The notes under the pieces are model-generated. The model made no database searches, was not told the DNA's origin, and worked only from the letters and a program-made list of their open reading frames with translations. A program made the position numbers and the translations under genes. Positions 21,590 to 31,507 of a DNA stretch of 64,000 nt are shown one piece after another. This DNA comes from Candidatus Latescibacterota bacterium (lineage in GTDB: Bacteria; Latescibacterota; UBA2968; GCA-2709665): positions 3,712,001 to 3,776,000 of the forward strand of contig OZ241917.1 in NCBI GenBank assembly GCA_965203805.1, given 5' to 3'. Numbering within the stretch: the first letter of the stretch is position 1; each line of letters begins with the position of its first letter.

Positions 21590-21760
21590 ATGCAACACCT
21601 CGGTTACATGGCCGCCGCATACGCCATCATATGGGCGGCGATTCTTATCTATTTCCTGGGCCTCGGACGCCGCGAACGCGAGATATGGCGCGAAATCCAC
21701 GAGCTGCGCGAATCCGTCGGCAGACGGGACGCCGGGGTCGATTCGGGCGAACACCAATAG
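21590..21760 (+). CDS. ccmD: CcmD-family small membrane protein (56 aa; absent from the ORF track)
   Basis: MQHLGYMAAAYAIIWAAILIYFLGLGRREREIWREIHELRES...; GGAGGA RBS; directly after ccmC. Confidence 0.82.
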   Translation: MQHLGYMAAAYAIIWAAILIYFLGLGRREREIWREIHELRESVGRRDAGVDSGEHQ

Positions 21761-21806
21761 GCGGCAGGTCGGTCCGAAGCCCTTCCGGCGCCGTCACAGG
21801 AACCCT

Positions 21807-22583
21807 ATGGCCGTAAAGAACGCCCGCAAGATCCTTGCGCTTATCAGGAACCGAAAGGCGCGGGAGCGCGAACGCCAGTTCGTTATCGAAGGCATCCGCC
21901 TGGTCGAAGAAGCGTTGCTGTCGAACGCACCGGTCGAGCAGCTCATCTTCGACAGGGACGCCCTCGAGGCCGACGTGCGCCTGCAGCAGTTTCACCGGGA
22001 GGCGGAAAGCCGAAATATTACCGTCCAGCAGACAGACCGCAGGGCGATCAGAAATATGGGCGAGCATCAGAATCCCGAGGGCGTGCTGGGCGTGGTTCGA
22101 TTTCAGGAGCGAAGCAGGGACCGGGTGCTGGACGCAAGCGGTCCTCTCCTTCTCTTCGACCGGCTGCGAGACCCCAACAACCTCGGTCTGGTCCTCCGCA
22201 CCGCCGAGGCGGCGGGCGTTGCCGCCGTCTTCCTTTCGCCCGGTTCCGTCGAACTCTACAATTCCAAGGTTGTGCGCGCCTCCCGGGGCTCCATTTTTCG
22301 CCTTCCCGTCTTTCGAAACGAAGACCTCCCCGCGCTGATCGGGGACCTGCGGCAGCGCGGCGTCCGCGTTATCTCCACCGAGCTTTGCGGTACGCCATTC
22401 TACGAGACCAGACAGAGCGGCCGTGTCGCCTTTCTGTTTGGCAACGAGACGTCCGGCGTCGACCCGGACCTCCAGGGCCGCGTTCACGAGACCGTCTCCA
22501 TACCCACGGCTGAGGGGGTGAATTCCCTCAACGTGGCCGTCGCCGCGGGCATTCTGCTGTTCAATCACCGCGAGCCCACCTGA
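21807..22583 (+). CDS. TrmH/SpoU-family RNA methyltransferase
   Basis: FVIEGIRLVEEAL, RDPNNLG, FGNETSGV, NSLNVAVAAGI. Confidence 0.92.
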   Translation: MAVKNARKILALIRNRKARERERQFVIEGIRLVEEALLSNAPVEQLIFDRDALEADVRLQQFHREAESRNITVQQTDRRAIRNMGEHQNPEGVLGVVRFQERSRDRVLDASGPLLLFDRLRDPNNLGLVLRTAEAAGVAAVFLSPGSVELYNSKVVRASRGSIFRLPVFRNEDLPALIGDLRQRGVRVISTELCGTPFYETRQSGRVAFLFGNETSGVDPDLQGRVHETVSIPTAEGVNSLNVAVAAGILLFNHREPT

Positions 22584-22589
22584 CACAAG

Positions 22590-22620
22590 AAGCGCCCGGC
22601 GGATGTTCCACCGGGCGCTT
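22590..22620. terminator. Hairpin between convergent genes (possible bidirectional terminator)
   Basis: AAGCGCCCGG...CCGGGCGCTT. Confidence 0.6.
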
Positions 22621-22671
22621 CATCCGCTTCATCCATCCTCACCAGGAAGAAGGACGACCGGGGGCGACTCA

Positions 22672-24006
22672 CTAATAAACCGCGGCCGTCAGCGACCCCC
22701 GGTTTGACTCGTCACGGTACGCCTCATAGAGATGCGGCCGGCGCTGCAACCAGTTCACTTCCCGGAAGCACCCCCCGTTCCATGTCCGATACCCGTCCGC
22801 CAGGTCTACCGTCGCCAGAATGTGGGCGCTGTCTCCTTCGTTCCACGCCAGGATGTCGCCCTTTCTATCCACCACACAGCTGCCCTGCGTCGTATTCCGC
22901 GCAACCACCATACACACCTGGTTGTCCATCGCGCGAGTTCGCATGATGGCCTTCCAGCGGTCCTCGCTGAAGATCGGCGATCCGGTACTCCACCTGCTGG
23001 CGCGGTGATCGCCCATGATCGGCAGCAGGAGAAAGTCCGCCCCGCTCAGTCCCACCATCCGTGAGGATTCAGCAGCTGAGCTGTCCATGCAGATATTGCA
23101 TCCGATTCGTCCGATGACCGTGTCGAACATGGGAAAGCCGTCACCGGGCAGAATTCCGGATTCGCTTTCGCCGCCCACAGCCAGATGCACCTTCCGATAT
23201 CTGCCGTCCACCGCTCCGTCCGGACCCAACAACGCCGCCGTATTGTGAACCGCGTCGCCGTCTCGCTCGATCAGTCCCAGGAGAAGGTACAGGCCGTGAC
23301 GGCGGGCAAGGTCCGCAAACGGCGCCGTTTCCGGGCCTGGCAGCGGTACCGCCAGGTCGATAGGACTCCCCGAAATCCCCCACTGAAGGGCGATTTCGGG
23401 CAATACGATCAGGTCCGGCCCATCATCGCACGCGGCCTCGCACAGCGGCAAATAATATTCGATGTTTTCGGTAACGGTCGTGTAGGGTCCCTTCCGAGAC
23501 CCTGACTTGCCGGTTACGACCGCCACCTTCACCGCCGCGGGCATCTCCGGGGCCTCAACAATCTCTGCCTCCGGCAGATGCCACTCCGACTCACCAGCGG
23601 TTGCCCACCGGAACGTGCCGCGCAACGTCAAGAGGTCGACGCCTTCCGGCGCGGTCATTGTTCTGGAAAACCGGATCGTCCGCGGTCCGGCCGGCTCCGG
23701 CAGGAGGTAATCCCATCCCTTTATGTCTCCCGTACGTACCGTCGCGTCGTCCGGCGGCATCTCCCCCCAGTAGGATTTGCAGCGCAGCGTGTCCCGCGGG
23801 TGGTCAAGAGCCCTGTAGTCCACCTCCCACGTTGCCCGTAGCGTCTGACCCTGTTCAATCCCCGAGAATACCGCCTGCCATCCGCCAACGCATGTCCGTG
23901 TTCCATTGGCCGCCGCCGCGAAGGTCTTGCCGTCTCGCTCGGTCAAAGGCGCGGCGGAAGGATGCGGCGCCCAGGGTTCGATCCTCTCCAGTTTCAGGTC
24001 GGCCAT
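22672..24006 (-). CDS. Carbon-nitrogen hydrolase (nitrilase superfamily) with an extra N-terminal domain
   Basis: LPE, YRKVHL and ICMD give the E-K-C triad; preceded by ~150 aa of beta-rich sequence. Confidence 0.88.
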   Translation of the reverse strand: MADLKLERIEPWAPHPSAAPLTERDGKTFAAAANGTRTCVGGWQAVFSGIEQGQTLRATWEVDYRALDHPRDTLRCKSYWGEMPPDDATVRTGDIKGWDYLLPEPAGPRTIRFSRTMTAPEGVDLLTLRGTFRWATAGESEWHLPEAEIVEAPEMPAAVKVAVVTGKSGSRKGPYTTVTENIEYYLPLCEAACDDGPDLIVLPEIALQWGISGSPIDLAVPLPGPETAPFADLARRHGLYLLLGLIERDGDAVHNTAALLGPDGAVDGRYRKVHLAVGGESESGILPGDGFPMFDTVIGRIGCNICMDSSAAESSRMVGLSGADFLLLPIMGDHRASRWSTGSPIFSEDRWKAIMRTRAMDNQVCMVVARNTTQGSCVVDRKGDILAWNEGDSAHILATVDLADGYRTWNGGCFREVNWLQRRPHLYEAYRDESNRGSLTAAVY

Positions 24007-24046
24007 TTCTACCTCCCGCGGGTAGGTGTTACAAGCGTCATCGGAT

Positions 24047-25153
24047 TCACTTCCGGCGTTCGCCGGCTTTCAATATTCCATCGACAAACGCATAGGCCTG
24101 TTCGCGGATATCCGGCGGAAACGCATGCTCCGCGTCGGGGTGTACAGCCAGCAGACGGCCGGAGGCGCCAAGCAGCGCGTATACGGGCGCTGCCGCCTTT
24201 ACGCAATCTCTAACACCCGACACCTCGAAATTACTGTCCCGTGTGGGCGCATTGATGAAGAAGGCCCGCGGCGCGAGGGCGGCGACCACCTCCGTGAAGT
24301 CGAACGGCATCCGATTCGGGTCCCTGGCGTAGCGCTCGGATATACGCGGCATATACCCCCGATGGCTCCACCCCGTCAGGTCGCCGTTGTAATATTTGAA
24401 GAACGAAGTGAACCCGCAACTGGACACCACGACCTGCAACCGGGGTTCGAACACGGACAGATACATGGAATTGTGTCCGCCGAGGGAATGGCCGATACAC
24501 CCGATCCGGCCGCGGTCCACCTCCGGCAGCGACTGAAGCAGGTCCACGGCCCGCATGTGGTTCCAGATCCCTTTCATTGTGGCGCTGGCATACCCATTCT
24601 GATATGCATCGAATTCGTAATCTCCGAAATTCACATAGTCCGGCGCCAGTGTCACGTAACCCCTGCGCGCAAGTTCCAGCGCATAGTGCAGATCGGGGAT
24701 GCCACCCACGCCCGCGGGTTCGCCCTTCCCGATCTTCGTTGTCTGGTGCAGGCACAACATTGCCGGCGCCTTGCCATTCAGGCCCTTCGGGACCAGCAGG
24801 TACGCGGGAACCCGGTCCTCCGGTTCCGACAGGTACGTGACTTTCTTCCGTATCACGTCGCCCAGGTCCTCCGCAGCCAAGACCTCGATCTGCAGTTCAG
24901 GCAGGCTGGAGCGGTCGGGAAGGGGTCCCATCACTTCCTCCATATTCGCCAGAATATGCGCCCGCCGCTTCGCCCAGTCCTCCGCGTTCGTTATCGCCCT
25001 CTCCTTGCCCTCCGCATCCAAATATACCAATAGGTTCATCTTATCCTCATAGAATGGCAGGCTCTGTTCGGCAGCGGGGACGCCCACCAGCATCGCGCTC
25101 CACAATACCAGCCCGACCGTCCATTGCGAAAACCTGGTCAGAAAAGACACCAT
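24047..25153 (-). CDS. Secreted alpha/beta hydrolase (acetylxylan esterase/dienelactone hydrolase-like)
   Basis: Signal peptide, GHSLGG nucleophile elbow, LAPRA, EHAFP. Confidence 0.85.
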   Translation of the reverse strand: MVSFLTRFSQWTVGLVLWSAMLVGVPAAEQSLPFYEDKMNLLVYLDAEGKERAITNAEDWAKRRAHILANMEEVMGPLPDRSSLPELQIEVLAAEDLGDVIRKKVTYLSEPEDRVPAYLLVPKGLNGKAPAMLCLHQTTKIGKGEPAGVGGIPDLHYALELARRGYVTLAPDYVNFGDYEFDAYQNGYASATMKGIWNHMRAVDLLQSLPEVDRGRIGCIGHSLGGHNSMYLSVFEPRLQVVVSSCGFTSFFKYYNGDLTGWSHRGYMPRISERYARDPNRMPFDFTEVVAALAPRAFFINAPTRDSNFEVSGVRDCVKAAAPVYALLGASGRLLAVHPDAEHAFPPDIREQAYAFVDGILKAGERRK

Positions 25154-25200
25154 TCAGAGTTCCTCGATGAAGAATCTTGACAGAAACACGATCGCGCGAC

Positions 25201-25980
25201 TCAACGCGCCGTCCACCCGCCGTCCACAAACAGCGATGTGCCCGTCACATAGGTCGACGCGTCGCTGGCGAGAAAGAGGGCGGCGCCGCGGATCTCACGC
25301 ATCTCGCCCCACCGGTTGAACGCCGTCTGGCTGAGCAGACTCTTCACCTTGTCGGGCGTCTTCAACAGCGGACGGTTGATCTCTGTCAGAAACGGCCCCG
25401 GGCACAGCGCGTTGCACCGCACGCCGAAGGGCGCCCATTCCAGTGCGAGCGCGCGGGTCATGCCGGCAACCCCGGCCTTGGACGAACAATATGCCGAGCG
25501 TTCTGCCAGTCCCACGGCGCTGAGCGTGGACCCCACGTTGATGACCGATCCGCTTTTCTGACGGGTCATGATCGGCCCCGCGGCCCTGCAGCAGAGCCAG
25601 GATCCGGTCAGATTGGTCTCGACAACCTGCTTGAATTCGTCAACCGGAAAACGTTCTAACGGATGCCGGATGTTGATCCCGGCGCAGTTCACCAGAACAT
25701 CCAGCCGTCCCAACCGATCCGTGACCGCCTGCATCAGTTGCATAACATCATCATCCGACGTCACGTCGACGGCAAGTCCCAGGCTTTCGCGTCCCGTCTG
25801 CGCCGCGATCTCCGCCGCAACCGATTTACAGTCCGGCCCGTTTCTCGAACAGACCACGGTCACGGCGCCCGCTTCGGCCAGCGCCAGCGCCATTTCCCTG
25901 CCCAGGCCCTTCGATCCACCGGTAATCAGGGCCACTCTTTCATCCAGCCGAAAAAGATCCAGCGTCTTTGGCTCTGCCAT
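25201..25980 (-). CDS. Short-chain dehydrogenase/reductase (gluconate 5-dehydrogenase-like)
   Basis: TGGSKGLG, VNCAG, YCSSK, LFVDGG. Confidence 0.9.
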   Translation of the reverse strand: MAEPKTLDLFRLDERVALITGGSKGLGREMALALAEAGAVTVVCSRNGPDCKSVAAEIAAQTGRESLGLAVDVTSDDDVMQLMQAVTDRLGRLDVLVNCAGINIRHPLERFPVDEFKQVVETNLTGSWLCCRAAGPIMTRQKSGSVINVGSTLSAVGLAERSAYCSSKAGVAGMTRALALEWAPFGVRCNALCPGPFLTEINRPLLKTPDKVKSLLSQTAFNRWGEMREIRGAALFLASDASTYVTGTSLFVDGGWTAR

Positions 25981-26043
25981 ATCCGCCTCCGCAGTCTGCT
26001 GTCCAGTTCCTCGAGTCAATTGCTGTTCGAAGCGATTCAACGA

Positions 26044-27147
26044 TTACAATTCGGCGAGAACCGTCCGCAATATTCCGCCGAACAATCTCCGCTCCTCCGG
26101 CGTCCCCACCGTTACCCTGAAACACCTGTCCAGAGGCGCCGCCATCGGTTTTCGCACAAACGCACCGTGCCGTTGCAGCGTCTCCAGAATCGTATTCGCG
26201 CGTTCTGTCGTTCCCGCATCGAACGCCACGAAATTCGTGGCTGAGGGCAACGTGGGCAAGCCGAGGCCCGCCCCCAGCCGCGCATAGTCCTCTCGCCCTT
26301 CCTCGACCGAGTTCACAACGCCGGCCACGAATTCCGTATCCTGGAGCGAGGCCAGCGCCCCCGCCTGCGCGACGCGGTTCACGCCATAGTGGTGCCGCAC
26401 CTTTTCAAGCGCTTCGACAACGACCGTGTCCGCAATTGCGTATCCGATCCGCGCCCCGGCCATCCCGTGCGCCTTCGAGAACGTGCGCATACGAATGACG
26501 CGCGGCCGGATCGGCGCCATCGGCAGCGGCGGGTCCTGGATGGAGAACTCCGAATACGCCTCATCCAGAATCAGCAGACACCGCTCGGGAAGCGATTCTT
26601 CAAACGACCGGATGTTTGCCGCCGTATGCCATGTGCCCGCCGGGTTGTCCGGATTCGACAGGTACGCCAATCCGGCTCCCGTCTCGGCGGCCGCTCCGGC
26701 CAACCCCTCGAGGTCATTTCTGTCGTCCCGGTAGGGCACGAAGCGCAAGAGGCCGCCGAACCCCGACACGTGGTAGTTGAAGGTCGGGTAAGCTCCCAGA
26801 GATGTCACGACGGTCTCGCCGGGCTCCACGAAGACCCGTACGACAAGCCCCAGAAGGTCGTCGATTCCACTGCCAACGCTGACGTTTTCGAACGGAACGC
26901 CGTGGAATCCGGCAATTGCGGCGCGGATTTCGTGGTTTTCAGGATCGTTGTACCAACTCACCCGATCGACCGCCCGGAACATGGCCTCGCGCGCCATCGG
27001 GGAGATCCCGAAGGCGCTTTCGTTGGCCCCCACCCTCACCCTGAATGCCTTTCCGCGCCGGCGCTCCAGGGCTTCGGGCCCCACGAAGGGCACCGATGCC
27101 GGCAGGCCGCGAACAATTCGGGTAAATGGAAACCCGCTATCCATCAT
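26044..27147 (-). CDS. PLP-dependent aminotransferase, HisC-like
   Basis: ANES, SNPDNPAG, LDEAY, RTFSKAHGMAGARIG, RVTVG. Confidence 0.88.
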   Translation of the reverse strand: MMDSGFPFTRIVRGLPASVPFVGPEALERRRGKAFRVRVGANESAFGISPMAREAMFRAVDRVSWYNDPENHEIRAAIAGFHGVPFENVSVGSGIDDLLGLVVRVFVEPGETVVTSLGAYPTFNYHVSGFGGLLRFVPYRDDRNDLEGLAGAAAETGAGLAYLSNPDNPAGTWHTAANIRSFEESLPERCLLILDEAYSEFSIQDPPLPMAPIRPRVIRMRTFSKAHGMAGARIGYAIADTVVVEALEKVRHHYGVNRVAQAGALASLQDTEFVAGVVNSVEEGREDYARLGAGLGLPTLPSATNFVAFDAGTTERANTILETLQRHGAFVRKPMAAPLDRCFRVTVGTPEERRLFGGILRTVLAEL

Positions 27148-27183
27148 CCGGACTCCATGGACGCAGAGATATTCTGGCGGCCG

Positions 27184-27297
27184 TCAACCTCAATTCGCCG
27201 AAAGACGACAGTCAAATTGGCCACAAAAGGCACAAAAAACACAGAAGGGACCGGCGCCAAACGGGTATTGAGGTCGTTCACGACGAATCCAGGTTAA
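27184..27297. mobile_element. MITE family B, copy 2 (internally deleted, inverted)
   Basis: CCTCAATTCG...CGAATCCAGG-TTAA; interior is the reverse complement of ~3641-3730; right TTAA overlaps the stop codon of the adjacent gene. Confidence 0.72.
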
Positions 27298-27788
27298 AAG
27301 CGGATGCGGAACCGGATGCGGAATTCAAGGCCTTCCTCACCGGATCCATGAGGCGCCCCCCAGTCGACCTGGTCCAGATGCGCATCCACATAGGCATCGC
27401 CCATGCTGAACAGGATAAGGCCAATCGTGGTATATAGAAAGATATTCCGTTCCGGGGATGCATCGGTCGACCTGCGCTGGTTCAATTGGCTTCGGCGAAC
27501 AAAAAAAGCCGCCGCGGAACTCACCTGCGCGGCAGCGATAATGCTTCCTTTTATGGGCCGGCGATTATAAAACTGCCCCCATCCGGGCAGCGCCAGCGAC
27601 CGCAACATCGCACCCCGCGCGGCCCGGGTTTCGCGGATACTGTCCACGGCCGACGAATCCGGACGCGCGGCGGAAGCCGGAACCGCACAGGCGAGAATCG
27701 CCATTCCAGCGACGAACGCCAGAATCCTGGCGCCGGAACCCCCCGGATCCGAAGCAGCGGTTCCTCGCTTGCAGGCCTTGCGCTTCAC
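27294..27788 (-). CDS. DUF5683-like membrane protein
   Basis: AMLRSLALPGWGQFYN...KG, DAYVDAHL. Confidence 0.75.
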   Translation of the reverse strand: MKRKACKRGTAASDPGGSGARILAFVAGMAILACAVPASAARPDSSAVDSIRETRAARGAMLRSLALPGWGQFYNRRPIKGSIIAAAQVSSAAAFFVRRSQLNQRRSTDASPERNIFLYTTIGLILFSMGDAYVDAHLDQVDWGAPHGSGEEGLEFRIRFRIRF

Positions 27789-27791
27789 GAT

Positions 27792-28730
27792 TCATGCTCC
27801 CATCGCCAATCTTGCCGCGCCCAGAATCCCGGCGTCGTCTCCAAGCATACCCGCCACAATCTTCACCCTCTCCTTCACGCCGACCGTACCGCGTTCCTGA
27901 AACGTCTTTCTGACCGGCTCAAACAGCCATTCTCCCGCGCGCGCCAGCCCCCCGCACAACGCAACCACCTCCACGTTCGTCACACTGACAAGGCTCACGA
28001 GCCCAATGCCCAGCAACGTGCCCGTCTCCTCGAACATATTGCGCGCGAATCCGTCACCTGCCTCCGCCGCCTCGAATATCGCCCGCGTCGTCAGACCCTG
28101 GGCGACCAACGGGGTTTCCGGCGTTTCCGTGATCAGCCGCTCGCGGGTCCGCCTCACCATCGCGGTCGCGGAAACGTAGAGTTCCAGACAGCCATAATTT
28201 CCGCAGGGGCAGCGGGGTCCGTTCCAGTCGATGGTAATGTGGCCCACCTCGGCCGCATTGCCGTTGAATCCGTGCATCAATTCGCCGTTGCATACCCAGC
28301 CGCCGCCCACGCCCGTGCCCAGCGTCACACACAAAAAATGGGGCGCCTTGCTGCCGGCGCCCCGCCACTGCTCGCCAAAAGCCGCGAGATTCGCGTCGTT
28401 GTCCACCACCACCGGCATTTCGAGCGCCGCCTCCAGCCGGTCTTTCAGGCGCACGCCGTGCATGCACGGCATGTTCTCCGGAGAAATGATGATGCCGTTA
28501 AAGGGATCCAGCGGGCCGGGCGCCCCGACGCCCACGCCGCGCACTTCCGTTCCGCCCCCCTCCCGGAGCACCTGCCTGACGCACGTCGCGATTCCTCCAA
28601 TCACACGATCACTGCCCAGGTCGGGGCGGGTGGGACATCGGAACCGGGCGACGATCTCGCCCGCGTCCGTCACCAGACCCGCGCGGGTATTGGTTCCGCC
28701 CAGGTCGACGCCAACCGTCAGTGCGCTCAC
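27792..28730 (-). CDS. ROK-family sugar kinase (glucokinase-like)
   Basis: GVDLGGTN, DNDAN, TLGTGVGGG, EVGH, CPCGNYGCLE. Confidence 0.93.
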   Translation of the reverse strand: MSALTVGVDLGGTNTRAGLVTDAGEIVARFRCPTRPDLGSDRVIGGIATCVRQVLREGGGTEVRGVGVGAPGPLDPFNGIIISPENMPCMHGVRLKDRLEAALEMPVVVDNDANLAAFGEQWRGAGSKAPHFLCVTLGTGVGGGWVCNGELMHGFNGNAAEVGHITIDWNGPRCPCGNYGCLELYVSATAMVRRTRERLITETPETPLVAQGLTTRAIFEAAEAGDGFARNMFEETGTLLGIGLVSLVSVTNVEVVALCGGLARAGEWLFEPVRKTFQERGTVGVKERVKIVAGMLGDDAGILGAARLAMGA

Positions 28731-29368
28731 CTCTCCGCCCGCGCCTGTTTCACGGCGTCCACGAACGCCCGGGCGGTCGCCGTCAACTTCGCCCAGTCCC
28801 TGTCCGCCACCGCCTGTTTATCCACCATCGCGCTTCCGGCCCCCACCGCGCACGCGCCGGCCTTGATGAATTCCGGGGTCGTTCGGGCGTCGACACCGCC
28901 GGTGGGCATCAACCGCACCTGCGGAAGCGGTCCTTTAACGTCTTTGAAATAGGAAGGGCCGCCGACGCCCGCGGGGAACACTTTCACCACGTCGGCCCCG
29001 GCCTGCCAGGCGGCAAGAATCTCCGTAGGCGTGAAGCCCGCCGGCATCACCACCTTTCCGTATCGCCTGGCCATTGTGATAACATCCAGGTTCAGCGTGG
29101 GCCCCACGACGTATTCCGCACCCGACAGAATGGCCGCGCGCGCCGTCTCCGGGTCCAGGACGGATCCGACACCCACAATCGTATCCACCATTTTCGCGGA
29201 GGCTTCCTCAATGACCTTGAGCGCACCCGGCACGGTCATGGTCACCTCGATGGCAATCACGCCGCCTTCCCGCAACGCTTTGGATACGTCCATCAGTTCC
29301 GCGGGCGAATCCGCCCTCAGCACCGCCACCACGCCACAGTCGATGATTCGATCCAGCACACCGGCCAT
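28727..29368 (-). CDS. eda: KDPG/KHG aldolase
   Basis: VVAVLR, EVT, TPTEI, KVFPA, MPTGGV. Confidence 0.9.
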   Translation of the reverse strand: MAGVLDRIIDCGVVAVLRADSPAELMDVSKALREGGVIAIEVTMTVPGALKVIEEASAKMVDTIVGVGSVLDPETARAAILSGAEYVVGPTLNLDVITMARRYGKVVMPAGFTPTEILAAWQAGADVVKVFPAGVGGPSYFKDVKGPLPQVRLMPTGGVDARTTPEFIKAGACAVGAGSAMVDKQAVADRDWAKLTATARAFVDAVKQARAER

Positions 29369-29417
29369 TCGATATTCTCCTCTGTCTGTGCGATCGCGAG
29401 CCGCTCGTCCGGCGACC

Positions 29418-30461
29418 TTACCGCCGGATTCTGGCTGCGGCGCCCTTCATGGCCGCCTCCGCTTCCGCCCGGGTCGCCCAGTTGACGTCCCCCGGGAAGG
29501 TATGGGCAAGGGCCGAATACGCGCCCGCGAAATCCACCGCGGACTGGGGGTCGGCCCCTTCGATCAGGCCGGCAATGAGACCCGCCGAGAAACTGTCTCC
29601 CCCACCCACCCGGTCGACCATTTCCAGGTCTTCGTAGATTCGAGACAGGTAGAACGCCTCACCGTCGAACAGGAGCGTACGCCAGTCGTTCAGCAGCCCG
29701 GTCTTTGCTACCCGCAGCGTTGTGCCCACGAAATCCACATTGGGATACCTTTCGACCGCCCGCCGCGCCACGTCCTTGTAGCTTTCGGGGTCCAGTTGAC
29801 TGTAGTCCTCTTTCGAACCCTCCGCCTTCAACCCAAGGACCTTTTCAAAGTCCTCTTCGTTGCCGATCAGGACCTTGACCAGCGGAACTATCCTGCTGCT
29901 GGTTTTCTGCGCTTTTTCCGAACTCCACAGCTTCGACCGGAAGTTCAGATCGTAACTCGTCGTTACTCCGGCCTCGCTGGCCGCCTTGAGGGCTTCAAGC
30001 GTTGTGTCTGCGGCGCCGTCGGAAAGCGCAGGCGTGATACCGCTGACGTGAAACCATTTCGCGCCGTCAAAAATGGACTTCCAGTCCACCATGCCTGGCT
30101 CGATGTTCGATATCGCGGAATTCGCCCGGTCGTACGTCACCGCGCTGGCCCGCGGCCCGACGCCCAGTTCGATGTGGTAAAACCCGTTCCGTTCGAAACC
30201 GACCCCGTCGAAATCCACCCATTGGATATTGGACATGTCCACGCCGTGCTCCCGCCCCCGGTTCCGGATGACCCAACCCGTCCAATTGTCCACCAGTCGG
30301 GATATCCACGCCGTATTCAGCCCCAGATGAGCGCAGGCTACAGCGACGTTGTATTCGCCACCGCCTATCTCGACGTCGAGATTGTTGGAATTCTCGAGCC
30401 GGCGGTATCCCGGAGACGACAAGCGGATCATCGCCTCACCGAAGGTTACGACATCGTACAT
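29418..30461 (-). CDS. kdgK: 2-keto-3-deoxygluconate kinase (PfkB family)
   Basis: FGEAMIRL, SGITPAL, DLNFRSKLW, DRVGGGDSF; adjacent to eda. Confidence 0.85.
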   Translation of the reverse strand: MYDVVTFGEAMIRLSSPGYRRLENSNNLDVEIGGGEYNVAVACAHLGLNTAWISRLVDNWTGWVIRNRGREHGVDMSNIQWVDFDGVGFERNGFYHIELGVGPRASAVTYDRANSAISNIEPGMVDWKSIFDGAKWFHVSGITPALSDGAADTTLEALKAASEAGVTTSYDLNFRSKLWSSEKAQKTSSRIVPLVKVLIGNEEDFEKVLGLKAEGSKEDYSQLDPESYKDVARRAVERYPNVDFVGTTLRVAKTGLLNDWRTLLFDGEAFYLSRIYEDLEMVDRVGGGDSFSAGLIAGLIEGADPQSAVDFAGAYSALAHTFPGDVNWATRAEAEAAMKGAAARIRR

Positions 30462-30525
30462 TCATCTCTCCTCAAGAAAAATCCGCGGCTCTGAGGCCAA
30501 CGTTCGGAACACAGAACCCGCGTAT

Positions 30526-31221
30526 TCATTCATCGCTTCCGCCCAGGAAGCCGGACAGGATCAACATCCGGAACAGATGGAGCACCGCCACCAGCGCCGA
30601 CGCCACGTAGGTCCAGGCCGCTGCGTTCAATACCCTCCGGGCCGCGGGAATCTCTTCCCGGGTCAGATATCCGCCTTCGCGCAGGATGGAAATCGCCCGG
30701 CTGCTGGCATTGAACTCCACCGGCAACGTAACGAGCCCGAACAGGACGGCGAAGGAAAAGAACACGATGCCGAGTTGAAGCATCAGACCGGATTGAAAAA
30801 AGAACCCGATGACAAACAGGGGCATGCCGACCCAGGAGCCGAAATTGGCCACGGGCACGATATTCGTCCGCAGGCTCAAGGGAAAGTACCCATGCGCGTG
30901 CTGAAAGGCGTGACCCGCCTCGTGGGCCGCCACGCCGATGGCCGCAAGCGAACGCGATCCGTAGGTGCTGTCCGACAGACGCAACGTATGGTCTCTCGGA
31001 TCGTAGTGGTCGGTCAGATTGCCGTCCACGCTTTCAACCTTCACCGAAACACGGCCCCGCCTCAGAATGTCCCGGGCAACCTGGTCCGCGGTCCACCCGC
31101 TTCGGGAACCGAATTCATCGTATTTGGCGAATGTTCGCTTGACCTTGAAATGCGCCCACAGCGCCAGGATGAACCCGGGGATCACCAGTATCAGCGTCGG
31201 GTCCCAGAAGAGAGGAAACAT
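30526..31221 (-). CDS. Membrane neutral zinc metallopeptidase (YugP-like)
   Basis: LTDHYDP, AAHEAGHA, LPVEFNASSRA, AAAWTYVA. Confidence 0.92.
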   Translation of the reverse strand: MFPLFWDPTLILVIPGFILALWAHFKVKRTFAKYDEFGSRSGWTADQVARDILRRGRVSVKVESVDGNLTDHYDPRDHTLRLSDSTYGSRSLAAIGVAAHEAGHAFQHAHGYFPLSLRTNIVPVANFGSWVGMPLFVIGFFFQSGLMLQLGIVFFSFAVLFGLVTLPVEFNASSRAISILREGGYLTREEIPAARRVLNAAAWTYVASALVAVLHLFRMLILSGFLGGSDE

Positions 31222-31507
31222 AAACGCAACACCTCCTTAGTGTGCTGTCCAAAAGTACCTCACTATTCTTCCAACGATTCATCCCGTCTCGCTGCAGTAT
31301 GATCTCCTGACTTCGGTAAGACGTTAGACGTGAGACGGTAGAGGAGGACTTTTACCGCAGCGTTTCCGCATTTACCGTGCCTGTTTCTCTAACCTTTATC
31401 GTAACGACAACAAAAACCATAAGGCACCCATGTCATCTCCCGACTCACCTCTCCCGTCTCACCGCCTTTAGAGAATTGCTGCTTTCCCACGGCCGAATTC
31501 AGGCAAC

